The translations under genes were made by a program, and so were the position numbers. Shown here one piece after another: positions 29,307-42,953 of a stretch of DNA of 64,000 nucleotides. The DNA is from an uncultured Acidobacteriota bacterium (GTDB taxonomy: Bacteria > Acidobacteriota > Thermoanaerobaculia > Gp7-AA8): NCBI GenBank assembly GCA_963734155.1, contig CAVTGG010000017.1, positions 131,705 through 195,704 of the forward strand, given 5' to 3'. The notes under the pieces were generated by a model. The model was given only the letters and a program-made list of their open reading frames with translations. It ran no database searches and had not been told where the DNA came from. Within the stretch, counting starts at the first letter, position 1; every line of letters starts with the position of its first letter.

Positions 29307-30397
29307 GACATCGCTACGGTTACCTCGACCCGGACCTGATCCGACAACTCCTCGCGGAGATGGGCCTCCGCCGCCTGTTCAATCAGCTGCTGCTGCAGAG
29401 CAGCGGCGACGTCGAAGAGGCGATGCGCTGGATGCGCATGCTCCAGCAACGCGGCTACATCGATCCCGACGTCGATCTCGACGCGTTCTTCGCGCAACTC
29501 CTCGAAGAGAACGTGCTTGGGCAGGACGCCGAAGGAAACGTCGTGCTGGCGACGGGCGGGGAGCGGCAGATCCGGCGTGACGCGCTCGATGAGATCTTCG
29601 GTGGGCTGCAGAAATCGATCGCCGGCTATCACTCCGTGCCGAACGCGGGGCAGGGGACGGAGCGGCTCACGGAAACGCGGCCGTACCACTTCGGCGACGA
29701 CCCGATGTCGATCGACTCCATCCGCTCGCTGCAGAACGCGATGAAGCACAACGATCCGGCCAACGACATCACGATCACCGAAGACGATCTCGAAGTCTTC
29801 GAGACCGAGCACAACTCCAGCTGCGCGACCGTCGTGATGATCGACATCTCTCACTCGATGATCCTCTACGGCGAGGACCGCATCACGCCGGCGAAGAAAG
29901 TCGCGCTCGCGCTGACGGAGCTGATCCTCACGAAATATCCGAAGGACGCCATCGACGTCCTCCTCTTCGGCGACGACGCGCGCGAAGTGCCGATCTCGGA
30001 GATCCCGTACGCCGAAGTCGGTCCGTTTCACACCAACACGAAGGCCGGGCTCGAGCTCGCGCAGCGCATCCTTCGGCGGCGCAAGCACAACAACAAACAG
30101 ATCTTCATGATCACCGACGGCAAGCCGTCGGCGTTGACGGAGAACGGCCGGCTCTACACGAACTCGTTCGGCCTCGACATGAAGATCGTAAACCGCACGC
30201 TCGAAGAAGCCGACCGCTGCCGCCGCGCTGGCATCCCCATCACGACGTTCATGCTCGCCACCGATCCGATGCTCGTGAACTTCGTCGACCAGCTCTCGAA
30301 GATCAACCGCGGACGGGCGTTCTACGCGTCACCGGACCGCCTCGGCGAGTACATCCTTGCGGACTACATTCGCAACCGGCGGAAATTCGTGCACTGA
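29303..30397 (+). CDS. VWA domain-containing protein (CoxE/ChlD-like partner of the AAA+ ATPase)
   Basis: MIDISHSM MIDAS-like motif followed by ...ITDGKPSA.... Confidence 0.8.
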   Translation: MRHRYGYLDPDLIRQLLAEMGLRRLFNQLLLQSSGDVEEAMRWMRMLQQRGYIDPDVDLDAFFAQLLEENVLGQDAEGNVVLATGGERQIRRDALDEIFGGLQKSIAGYHSVPNAGQGTERLTETRPYHFGDDPMSIDSIRSLQNAMKHNDPANDITITEDDLEVFETEHNSSCATVVMIDISHSMILYGEDRITPAKKVALALTELILTKYPKDAIDVLLFGDDAREVPISEIPYAEVGPFHTNTKAGLELAQRILRRRKHNNKQIFMITDGKPSALTENGRLYTNSFGLDMKIVNRTLEEADRCRRAGIPITTFMLATDPMLVNFVDQLSKINRGRAFYASPDRLGEYILADYIRNRRKFVH

Positions 30398-30417
30398 CTC
30401 GTTCGGTTACGCAGCCC

Positions 30418-34513
<4,096 letters not shown>

Positions 34514-34514
34514 G

Positions 34515-35153
34515 TTACAACGAGCGGCGGAACAACTCCAGTGTGCGGCGCCACGCATCGGCGGCGGCGTCGGGGTTGTAGACCTCGGGACGGTGGTCGT
34601 TGAAGAACGCGTGCTGCGCGTTCGGATAGGTCACCACCTCGACGGTTTTCCCCATCTTCTCCAGCTTCGCACCGAGCTCGCGTCCTTTGTCTGCCGGCAC
34701 GCCTTTGTCGTCTTCGCCGTAGATCAAAAGCAGCGGCGCCTCGAGCTTCTCCCAGTCCGTCACGACCTTCTTGAAGCCGCCGTAGAAGCTCACCGCCGCG
34801 CCGACATTCGGATCGTTCACGGCCGCGTGCTGCGCGAGCCCGCCGCCCATGCAGAATCCGACAACGCCGTATTGCTTCGACGTGCACTCCGGATGCTGCA
34901 GCAGATACGCGCCCGCGCCGATGATCTCCGACAGCGCGCGATCGACGTCGAGCTCCATCAGCATCTTCTGCGCTTCATCGGGCGACTTCGTGGTCTTGCC
35001 GTGGTAGAGATCCGGCGCCAGCGCGAGGAAGCCTTCGCTCGCGAATCGCTCGACGACATCCTCGATGTGCGGCACGAGTCCCCACCACTCCTGAATCACG
35101 ACGACGGCGGGTCCTTTGCCGGCGAGATACCCATGCGAAACGCGCTGTCCCAT
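34515..35153 (-). CDS. Dienelactone hydrolase family protein
   Basis: VVVIQEWWGL...GFCMGG nucleophile elbow ...HAFFND. Confidence 0.85.
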   Translation of the reverse strand: MGQRVSHGYLAGKGPAVVVIQEWWGLVPHIEDVVERFASEGFLALAPDLYHGKTTKSPDEAQKMLMELDVDRALSEIIGAGAYLLQHPECTSKQYGVVGFCMGGGLAQHAAVNDPNVGAAVSFYGGFKKVVTDWEKLEAPLLLIYGEDDKGVPADKGRELGAKLEKMGKTVEVVTYPNAQHAFFNDHRPEVYNPDAAADAWRRTLELFRRSL

Positions 35154-35188
35154 GAGCGCGCATTCTAATGTGTGTCAAAATAAAAGCG

Positions 35189-35443
35189 ATGCACATGACC
35201 AAAGACCAGGTCACCGCGCTGGCGCAGAAGCGCAGCTGTCCGCGCTGTGACTACGATAAAACGGTCGGGAACGCCCTGTGCCGCCGCTGCCGGAGCAAGC
35301 TTCCGCAGCACATGCGCTCCGGAGTCGAGAACATCCCGTCGAAGGACAGCTGGCTCGTCGGCCGCGCCCTTCGCGCCGCCGCGAACTACTTCGACGTGCA
35401 CTTCCAGTCGATCCGAAATTTTGGCGGCGGACGGAAAAGGTGA
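35189..35443 (+). CDS. Hypothetical small zinc-ribbon protein
   Basis: CPRCDYD...CRRC. The start is uncertain (35168, 35189 or 35195). Confidence 0.4.
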   Translation: MHMTKDQVTALAQKRSCPRCDYDKTVGNALCRRCRSKLPQHMRSGVENIPSKDSWLVGRALRAAANYFDVHFQSIRNFGGGRKR

Positions 35444-35445
35444 TA

Positions 35446-35512
35446 GGTGTTAGGGGATAGGGGTTTGGGGTTAGGAGTTACTTAACCCCAACCCCCTATC
35501 TCCTAACCCCTA
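35446..35512. repeat. G-rich/C-rich heptamer palindrome (TTAGGGG-like units) with G-quadruplex potential; terminator between convergent genes
   Basis: gttaggggataggggtttggggttaggag tta ctt aaccccaaccccctatctcctaacccctacc. Confidence 0.7.
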
Positions 35513-36976
35513 CCTCGTTCCGCCCCCGCTCGACGCCGCCGCCACTTCCGCCAGCTCACGCGCGCGCTCGTCGCGCGGCGCCTGCGATGCGAGCTCCTCG
35601 GCGCGTTTCGCGACATCGGTGCCGCCACGCGAGCCGCCGCGCAGCGACTCGCCCCAGACTGCGCCGAGGGACGCGAGACGGTGGCGGCGGGACGCGGACG
35701 TCCACGGATTCGCGAAGTCGGAGCCGTGCAGCTCACGCACGATCGTGTGCTGCTTGCCGTCCGGCAGCGAGCGGTAGTGCAGGCGAACCGTGGCCACGCG
35801 CTGGCGCGCCTTCAGCGGAGTGCGAAGCTCGAGCGCGTAGAGACCGGTGACTGACGTGTTGTGCAGCAGCGCGCGCTCCGTCGTCAGCGAAGACTGATCG
35901 CCGATCGCCTCGTAGCGCTCGACTGCATCGGAATTGAAATCGATCTCCAGCCGCGCGTCGGTGCCGATCGGCGGAACCGAGCCGCGCTGCGGAACGTCGA
36001 CCATCGCCGTGTCGATCGTCAGGCGGAGAATGCCGCGTTTCCCGTTCGCATCGACCGGCGCGGGTGACGCTTCCGCTTCGAGGCGCACGCCGCGTTTCAC
36101 ACGCCGCGACGGCGCGCCGGCGAAGTAGTTCACGAGCGCTTCCACGTCCGCGCTCGACGGCGAAGGACGCGCGCCGTTCTCGATCGTCGTCCGGATGCGG
36201 CGGAACACCGATGAGTCGACGGAGATCCCGAACACCGATTTCGGCGCGAGGTTCAAGTCATCTGCAAATGCAGGAGGGACCAGCGAACTCGACGCGGCCG
36301 TCTTGCGTCGCAGCATCGGCGCTTCCTCCGTCACGGTGATCGTTGACGGAGGAGGAGGTGCCGCCGCGACCGGTGCCGGCACTTCCGCGGGTGGGGCCAT
36401 CGGCGGTGCATACTCGGCCACCTGTTGCGGCTGGGGAGCGCTCATCACACCACCGACCACGCCGCCCACGGTGCCGCCGGCGACTCCGCCTTCCACACCG
36501 CCTTCGACGCCACGCTCTTCGGCGAGCGCAAACTCCCGGTCCCGCCGCGGGCTCGCCTCATTGCGCGCCAGCTCCGGCGCCATCGCCGCGCGGGGCGGCG
36601 GTGTCGTGGCCTGCACGATGTCGACGCGAACTTCGTCCGCTGCTGCGGCGGGCGCGGACAGACTCGCTGCGGTATCGATCGCGGTCGCCATCGGCTTCGG
36701 AGCCGGCGGCGCGCTCTCCTTCATCGCGGTGATGGCATTCGGCCGGTTTTCAGGAACGAGCATGAACAGCGCGGCGGCGACGGAGATCAGCACGATGATC
36801 GATGCGGCGATGCGCAGATTGAATCCGATCGAGCGCGAGAAACGCGCGCGCTCCGCCTCGACGTCGAGATAGCGGGGAATGTCGCCCTTGATGCGGTCCA
36901 GCAGATCAGCGGGCGGCCGTGGAACGACCGTCAGCGACAGCTTGCGCTGAATCTCTGCTTTTCGTTTCGAAGTCAT
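35510..36976 (-). CDS. Putative anti-sigma factor (single-pass membrane, Pro/Ala/Gly-rich periplasmic region)
   Basis: ATGA overlap with the upstream ECF sigma gene. One TM LRIAASIIVLISVAAALFMLV and GGV repeats. Confidence 0.6.
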   Translation of the reverse strand: MTSKRKAEIQRKLSLTVVPRPPADLLDRIKGDIPRYLDVEAERARFSRSIGFNLRIAASIIVLISVAAALFMLVPENRPNAITAMKESAPPAPKPMATAIDTAASLSAPAAAADEVRVDIVQATTPPPRAAMAPELARNEASPRRDREFALAEERGVEGGVEGGVAGGTVGGVVGGVMSAPQPQQVAEYAPPMAPPAEVPAPVAAAPPPPSTITVTEEAPMLRRKTAASSSLVPPAFADDLNLAPKSVFGISVDSSVFRRIRTTIENGARPSPSSADVEALVNYFAGAPSRRVKRGVRLEAEASPAPVDANGKRGILRLTIDTAMVDVPQRGSVPPIGTDARLEIDFNSDAVERYEAIGDQSSLTTERALLHNTSVTGLYALELRTPLKARQRVATVRLHYRSLPDGKQHTIVRELHGSDFANPWTSASRRHRLASLGAVWGESLRGGSRGGTDVAKRAEELASQAPRDERARELAEVAAASSGGGTR

Positions 36977-37578
36977 GTCACATCCTCATGGAGCAGCGAC
37001 TCGAGCAGCGTGAAGGCACGGTGCAGCCGCTTGCGGACGGCCACCGTCGTGATCTTCTCGATGCGCGCGATCTCTTTCACCGGCAGCCCTCCCCAGAAAT
37101 GCGCCGTCACCGTGAATCGCAGGTCTTCCTGGAGCTTCATCACTGCCTCGCGGAGGTGCTCGGCCTCCTCCTGATCCACCAACACCTCATCGGCCGGTGG
37201 CGTTTCATCTGCAACATCGATCGAATCGGGCTCATCGAGCGAAGTCATCCGCCGCGGACGGCGGATGTGGTTCAAAAACGTCGTGTAGGCGATACGGTAA
37301 AGCCAGGTGAAGAGTTGCGAACGTCCGTCGAATCCTTTGAGTGCGCCCCACGCTTTCTGATACGTCTCCTGCGTCAGATCGGCAGCCAGATCGCTGTCGC
37401 CGCACAGACGGTAAATCGATGCAAATACGGCCGAGTACGTTCTCTCGACCAGTGCTTCCGCGGCCGCGGTGTCACCCGCCCGAATCGCGGCGAGGAGCCT
37501 CTGCTCCTCCGACCACGGAGTCGTCGTCACTACTTCGCGCTCCGATTTTTGCATCGGGAACGGTGCGACTTCGGCCAC
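36973..37578 (-). CDS. RNA polymerase sigma-70 factor, ECF subfamily
   Basis: Sigma-70 region 2 (DLTQETYQKAW) and region 4 (LPVKEIARIEKITTVAVRKRLHRA). Confidence 0.9.
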   Translation of the reverse strand: MAEVAPFPMQKSEREVVTTTPWSEEQRLLAAIRAGDTAAAEALVERTYSAVFASIYRLCGDSDLAADLTQETYQKAWGALKGFDGRSQLFTWLYRIAYTTFLNHIRRPRRMTSLDEPDSIDVADETPPADEVLVDQEEAEHLREAVMKLQEDLRFTVTAHFWGGLPVKEIARIEKITTVAVRKRLHRAFTLLESLLHEDVT

Positions 37579-37635
37579 AGAAATTTGACGCTCATGACAT
37601 CAGAAAAGAAACCAAGGCGACGTTATCCTAGCGGG

Positions 37636-38493
37636 ATGAAACGGTTTCTCGCGATTTCAGTGCTGCTCGCGCTCGCTTTCGGCTGCCGGAAGGAGCCCGC
37701 GATCGACGTCACGGCGCACAACAACGACATCCTCAAATGGCGCGCCGACCGCGCCCAGCGCCTGCAGCGCGAAGACGGCTGGCTGAGCCTCATCGGACTG
37801 CACTGGCTCGTCGAAGGAGAGAACAAACCGATCCCCGGCGTGACGTTGATTCGACAGGGCGATGCCATCACGCTTCAGTCCGGCGAGGGGATGACGATCG
37901 ATGGGAAGCCGGTCGCCGCGCCGCTGAAGCTCGCCGATGATTCGTCGGAAAACGGACCGACCGTCGTGCAGATGGGGACGAAGCGATTCCAGGTCATCAA
38001 GCGCGGACCGCGTCTTGGTCTTCGCGTGAAAGACTCGCAGGCGGACACGCGCACGCATTTCGCGGGACTCGATTACTACTCGGTCGATCCGAAGTGGCGC
38101 GTCGAAGCGCGCTTCGAGCCGTACAAGCCGGTCAAGCAGATTCCGATCACCGACATCACCGGCTTGACGTCGGACAACCCCGCGCCCGGCGCGCTCGTCT
38201 TCACCGTCGACGGCAAGGAGTACCGGATCGATCCGATCGTCGAAGAGGGGGAGAAAGACTTCTTCATCATCTTCCGCGACGCCACGAGCCGCGACGAAAC
38301 GTACGGCGCCGGCCGCTATCTCTACGCCTCGCCGCCGGGAGCCGACGGCAAAGTGATCGTCGACTTCAACAAGGCCTACAACCCGCCCTGCGCGTTCACG
38401 CCGTACGCGACCTGCCCGCTCCCGCCCCAGCAGAACCGCCTGCCGATCCGCATCGAGGCAGGGGAGAAAAAGTACCGCGGCGGGCACGCCTAA
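37636..38493 (+). CDS. DUF1684 family lipoprotein
   Basis: Lipobox LALAFGC. Conserved FFIIFRDATS..ETYGAGRYL, DFNKAYNPPCAF and YATCPLPP. Confidence 0.85.
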   Translation: MKRFLAISVLLALAFGCRKEPAIDVTAHNNDILKWRADRAQRLQREDGWLSLIGLHWLVEGENKPIPGVTLIRQGDAITLQSGEGMTIDGKPVAAPLKLADDSSENGPTVVQMGTKRFQVIKRGPRLGLRVKDSQADTRTHFAGLDYYSVDPKWRVEARFEPYKPVKQIPITDITGLTSDNPAPGALVFTVDGKEYRIDPIVEEGEKDFFIIFRDATSRDETYGAGRYLYASPPGADGKVIVDFNKAYNPPCAFTPYATCPLPPQQNRLPIRIEAGEKKYRGGHA

Positions 38494-38504
38494 CATTCGT
38501 CCAC

Positions 38505-38590
38505 ACGTGCCCGTGCCCGCGCCCGTGCCCGAGCCCGGGGTGGGGGAACGAACCACCCACCCCGGGCACGGGCGCGGGCACGGGCACGGG
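38505..38590. repeat. Heptamer-unit palindrome (GCCCGTG units) downstream of the DUF1684 gene
   Basis: cgtgcccgtgcccgcgcccgtgcccgagcccggggtggg gaacgaacca cccaccccgggcacgggcgcgggcacgggcacg. The stem is about 38 bp. Confidence 0.75.
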
Positions 38591-38731
38591 AAATACCGCG
38601 GGACAACACTCGTAGACCCAACCCCGGCCCTGTGGACATCATCAACAGTTACGTCCTACGCCACCCTCGTTTTTCCACCGCCCGTAGGTCTGTAAGCCCC
38701 TGGTCGTAACCTCTTCCGCGGAGGTGATGCG

Positions 38732-39100
38732 ATGGATCGACAACAGGTGATCACGGTTCTCGAGTCGCTGGCCAACGGCACCGATCCGAGCACCGGCGCG
38801 CGGATTCCGAGCGAGACGTTTCACAGCGCCGACACGGTGCGCGCGCTCTTCGCCGCCGCGTCGCTGCTGAAGAGCGCGCGCAACGGCAACACGAAGTTCG
38901 TCGCCGCCGGCACGCCGTGGAGCTCGGAGGAGGACTCGCGGCTCACGCAGGAGTTCGAGAATCGGATGACGATCGCGCAGATCGCGCTGCAGCACGGGCG
39001 CACGTCAGCCGCGATCACGAGCCGGCTCGTGAAGCTGGGGAGAATCCAGCCTACGCAGACGCCCGCTCGTCCGACAACACCTGCGCCACGCACGCAGTGA
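38732..39100 (+). CDS. Hypothetical protein with a SANT/Myb-like motif
   Basis: WSSEEDSRLTQEF...IAQIALQHGRTSAAITSRL. It overlaps the 3' end of the convergent M20 gene by about 50 nt, so the call is tentative. Confidence 0.35.
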   Translation: MDRQQVITVLESLANGTDPSTGARIPSETFHSADTVRALFAAASLLKSARNGNTKFVAAGTPWSSEEDSRLTQEFENRMTIAQIALQHGRTSAAITSRLVKLGRIQPTQTPARPTTPAPRTQ

Positions 39101-40460
39101 GCGCGCTCGCGTAAGGAATGTGGAGGAACTCGTTCGGACCATGCGCATTGCTCTGCGGTCCCAGCACCCCGGTGATCAGAAACTGTGCCTCGGGGTACCG
39201 CGCGCCGAGCATGCCCATGAACGGAATCGATCCGCCTTCGCCGAACGTCATGGCGCCTTTGCCGTAGTATGTCTGCGACGCCCGCTCCACCGACTCTTCG
39301 AGCCACGGCGCGATCTTCGGCGCCACCCATCCCGCGCCCCCTTTTTCCGGCTCGAACGTGACGCGCGCGCCGTACGGAGGATCGTTTTCGAGCAGCGCTT
39401 TCAGCTTCCGGTCGACCTCCGCCGCGTCGAGCGACGGCGGGATGCGCAGCGAGAGCTTGAGCGCCGTCTTCGGCCGCAATACGTTTCCGGCCTGCAGCAG
39501 ATCCGGCATGCCTGCCTGGCCGGTGTACGCGAGCGCGGGACGCCAGGTGCGATTGATCAGAAGCTGCAGCGGGTCCTTCGTCACCGGCTGCATGCCGGGG
39601 AGGAACGGGAACTTGCTCCAGACGTCATCGCCGAGGATTCGGGCGGTCGCTTGAAGCTCCGCGAGACGCTCGGGCGGGACATCGATGTGCAGCCACTCGG
39701 GGAGGATCTCGCCGTTCGACGCATCTTCGAGGCGATCGAGCAGCATGCGGATGATGCGGAAGCTCGACGGCACGATGCCGCTCGCATCGCCGCTGTGCAC
39801 GCCTTCGCTGAGCACTTCCACGGTGAGATTGCCGACGATCGAGCCGCGCAGCGACGTCGTCATCCAGAGCTGATCGTACGTGCCGCAGCCGGAGTCGAGG
39901 CAGATGACGAGTCGCGGCGTCCCGATGCGATCGGCGAGCAATTCGATGTACGTCGGCAGGTCGAGCGAGCCACTCTCTTCGCAGCATTCGATCAGCACGA
40001 CGATGCGCGAGTGCGGCAGCTTCTGCCGCTGCAGCGAAGCGATGGAGGCGATGGTCGCAAAGATCGCGTAGCCGTCGTCCGCGCCGCCGCGTCCGTAGAG
40101 CTTGCCGTCGCGCAGCACCGGCGTCCACGGCCCGAGTCCCTCTTCCCAGCCGACCATCGCCGGCTGCTTGTCGAGATGCCCGTACATCAGCACCGTCGAC
40201 GACTCGTCGCCCTCGATCTCCATGAAGATCACCGGCGTGCGCTCTTCGACCTCGTGCACTTCGAGCGTGAGCCCTTCGATTCCCTGCCGCTCCACCCATC
40301 CCTTTGCCAGCGCAACCGCTTGATGCATATGGCCGTTGCGGCGCCACTCGGGATCGAACAGCGGCGACTGGTTCGGGATGCGGATGTAGTCGTGGAGAGC
40401 AGGAACGATCGACGACGACCAGTTCTCGTCGATGATGCTACGGGTTTGCTCAGGGTTCAT
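39051..40460 (-). CDS. M20 family dipeptidase/deacylase
   Basis: MYGHLDKQP, GRGGADDG and ECCEESGS metal-binding contexts. Start chosen at MNPEQTRSIIDENW; other in-frame ATGs exist upstream. Confidence 0.8.
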   Translation of the reverse strand: MNPEQTRSIIDENWSSSIVPALHDYIRIPNQSPLFDPEWRRNGHMHQAVALAKGWVERQGIEGLTLEVHEVEERTPVIFMEIEGDESSTVLMYGHLDKQPAMVGWEEGLGPWTPVLRDGKLYGRGGADDGYAIFATIASIASLQRQKLPHSRIVVLIECCEESGSLDLPTYIELLADRIGTPRLVICLDSGCGTYDQLWMTTSLRGSIVGNLTVEVLSEGVHSGDASGIVPSSFRIIRMLLDRLEDASNGEILPEWLHIDVPPERLAELQATARILGDDVWSKFPFLPGMQPVTKDPLQLLINRTWRPALAYTGQAGMPDLLQAGNVLRPKTALKLSLRIPPSLDAAEVDRKLKALLENDPPYGARVTFEPEKGGAGWVAPKIAPWLEESVERASQTYYGKGAMTFGEGGSIPFMGMLGARYPEAQFLITGVLGPQSNAHGPNEFLHIPYASALTACVAQVLSDERASA

Positions 40461-40627
40461 TGCGGTCGCGGAGGATAGCATCGAACCCCTGGTGTATGCG
40501 ATCATCTCCATAAATCCATAAAATCCAATCCGAAGTGGGGTACCATTGCCGGCATCCAACCGGGTCCATTTTTTCGGGAAAGCCGTCGTTTCTTAACGCC
40601 GCCCCGCGCGGCTGATCGTGATAACGT

Positions 40628-41275
40628 GTGATGAGTCTAAAGTCAGTCAACTCGCAGCGGTCCGCCGATGACACACATGAAGGGAAGGCTGCCGTGCTGG
40701 ACGAAAGGCCGCAAGCGCGACCCGAGAAGAAGGGTCGTCCGCGCGTGATCACCCAGAGCCCTGCCGCGCCGCCTGCTTCCGCTGCCGATGACGTCGAGGC
40801 TCTGTACATCGAGCACCGCAGCCTCCTCTTGTACGTCGCCTCGCGCAAGTTCCGCATCCCGGAGTGCGACTCGGAGAATCTGATCCAGGAAGTGTTCCTC
40901 TCGTTCCTGCAGTCGGGAACGAAGATCGACAACGTGCGGGCGTGGCTGGTGGCGGCGATGTGCAACGCCAGCCGGCACTACTGGCGCGCGCAGGGACGGA
41001 CGGAGTCGCTGCCGGAAGACATCAGCGATCACTCCGATCCCGGCTCGCACGGACTCGCCGACCAGTTCGCGACGCAGATGACCGTGCGGCAGGCGCTCCA
41101 GTACCTGCAGCCGCGCTGCCGCGAGACGCTCTGGCTGCACTACTTCGAAGGCCGCTCGGCCGGCGACGTGGCCCGCGAGTTGGAAACGACGAACCGCTAC
41201 GCGGAGAAGCTGATTCACAACTGCCTCAAACGCGTGCGCGAGATCTACCTCAACATCACGTCGGTGAGCCGATGA
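40628..41275 (+). CDS. RNA polymerase sigma factor, ECF/sigma-70 family
   Basis: Region 2 EALYIEHRSLLLYVASRKF...DSENLIQEVFLSF and region 4 AGDVARELETTNRYAEKLIHNCLKRVRE. ATGA overlap with the downstream anti-sigma gene. Confidence 0.8.
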   Translation: MMSLKSVNSQRSADDTHEGKAAVLDERPQARPEKKGRPRVITQSPAAPPASAADDVEALYIEHRSLLLYVASRKFRIPECDSENLIQEVFLSFLQSGTKIDNVRAWLVAAMCNASRHYWRAQGRTESLPEDISDHSDPGSHGLADQFATQMTVRQALQYLQPRCRETLWLHYFEGRSAGDVARELETTNRYAEKLIHNCLKRVREIYLNITSVSR

Positions 41276-42609
41276 TGGTCGAAGAGAAACACTACGACGA
41301 CGACTCCCTGATCGCCCTCGCGCCGGCAACATTCGCGAGCGACGATCACCTCTCGGTCTGCACCAGTTGCCGCGAGCGCCTCGAAACCTTCCGCATCCTC
41401 GCCGACGCATTGCGCGACGAAGCCACCTGGAACGACTGTCCCCTGAACGAAGCCCCCATCCCCGAAACCATCGCCACGCTTCGCGGCTTCGCCGATCAAA
41501 TGGCGATCGAAGACGCCGAAGCGGCCATGTTCCTGCCGGAGCTCATCTCCGGTTCGCGCGAGACGTGGATGGCGAACTCTCCACCGCCACCCCGAGTTCC
41601 GCACCCCCGGTACGGTCCGGAAGCTGCTCGAAGCCGTCCCCGCCGCCCGCGACACCATGCCCCGCGACGCGGTCGAGTTGACCGCCCTCGCCACCGAGAT
41701 CGCCGACCACCTCGAAGACGCCACCCCTCAACTGCGCGGTGCCGCCTGGAGGGAGCGCGCCTACGCACTCTTCTACGTCGGCGACTTTGCGGCTGCTGAG
41801 AGGGCTCTTTGCGCCTCGGAAAGTCACTTTAGCGAGTCTTGTGCGAGTGATTACGACCTGGCGCGGGTGGGGATTGTGCGGGCGGTGGTGGAGCGGGGGT
41901 TGGAGAAGTATTCAAGCGCAATCGCGCACGCGCAAAGGAGTGTCCGGCAGTTCCAGCTGTATGCCGACACCACCAAGCGTAGCCTCTGCGCAATTGGCTG
42001 AAGTGAACCTTCTTTTGGGATGCTCTCAGTATGCAACAGGCATATGCGTCTCCTTACCTCGTTGAGGAACAGACTGCTTCGGAGCGGTGACATATGCCAA
42101 CGTATGACTCGTGGTTGGGAATCTAGGCTACTGCTGTTGGAAGCTGAATCGACTCGATCAGGCGCTGCAGTACTTTGATGAAGCAGCGAAGACTCCAGGG
42201 AGAAATCGGCAATCACTCGGAGGCCGTACGTGCACGTTGGAACACTGCCGCGTGTTGACCGAGCGAAGGTATGTTCCGGGACAGCATTGCCCCGTCTTGC
42301 GTGCTGTGTCGACCGAATTCGAACGACTCGGCATGAGACACACAGCCACGGATGCCAGTCTCGAGATCGCCGAACTGCTTGTAACCAGCGGTGCATTAGC
42401 CGAGGCCGAAGAAATTTGCCGAACGGCTATTCGGCATTTCGAACGTTCGAGCCTCACCTACACCGCACCTGCACTTGACGGCTCTCGCGCTGATGCATGA
42501 GGCAGTCAGAAACCGGACGGCAACGCAGAAACTCGTTTCTCACGTTCGCGAGTATCTGCGTCGCGTTCCTGAAGAGCCCCACCTCCTTTTTGCGTATCCC
42601 GCTGAATAA
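41272..42609 (+). pseudogene. Anti-sigma factor (zinc-finger CxxC plus TPR domain), disrupted by at least four frameshifts and in-frame stops, with a low-GC 3' half
   Basis: N-terminus HLSVCTSCRERLE. TPR-like segments continue across frames 1, 2, 0 and 1 (...EFRTPGTVRKLLEAV..., ...AEVNLLLGCSQYATG..., ...GNLGYCCWKLNRLDQALQYFDEAAK..., ...LMHEAVRNRTATQKLVSHVREYLRRVPEE*). GC falls to about 52-55% after about 41.9 kb. Confidence 0.55.
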
Positions 42610-42699
42610 CCCAAATTGAGGGTAGGGATTTGATGCGCTGCGTCACTCCCTTATTCAAGGGCGCGCCCTCCCTATCGCTTGAGCCTGAGGAGGGCGCAT

Positions 42700-42894
42700 A
42701 TGAGACGGTATACCCGTGGTGTCGCTGCTGCTGTTCTAGCCATCACGCTATCGATCCAGTTCACACCGGTTGTTGCGGCATCGCCGCGCGATCGCGATGA
42801 TTTTCAAACGAAAATCGAGCGGATTATCAATCGACTGCAGCGATTCTTTCGGTTAACCCCGTTCGATAACGGGATCGCCCCGCCCCATCCCTAA
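42700..42894 (+). CDS. Hypothetical small secreted peptide (64 aa) in the low-GC segment
   Basis: GAGGAGGG RBS 6 nt before ATG. Signal-like MRRYTRGVAAAVLAITLSIQFTPVVAA. Confidence 0.4.
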   Translation: MRRYTRGVAAAVLAITLSIQFTPVVAASPRDRDDFQTKIERIINRLQRFFRLTPFDNGIAPPHP

Positions 42895-42953
42895 AACCCT
42901 CCCACCCGCCCGCCCGTACAATACGGCGCGCTCCTGAGGAGGGGTGCGTTCAT

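Noticed and set aside
38494-38731. Possible tRNA or small RNA in the 238-bp gap after the DUF1684 gene
   Set aside because: No cloverleaf-compatible sequence and no T-loop GTTCRANYC motif. The gap is explained by the 86-bp heptamer palindrome plus the promoter and RBS of the next ORF.
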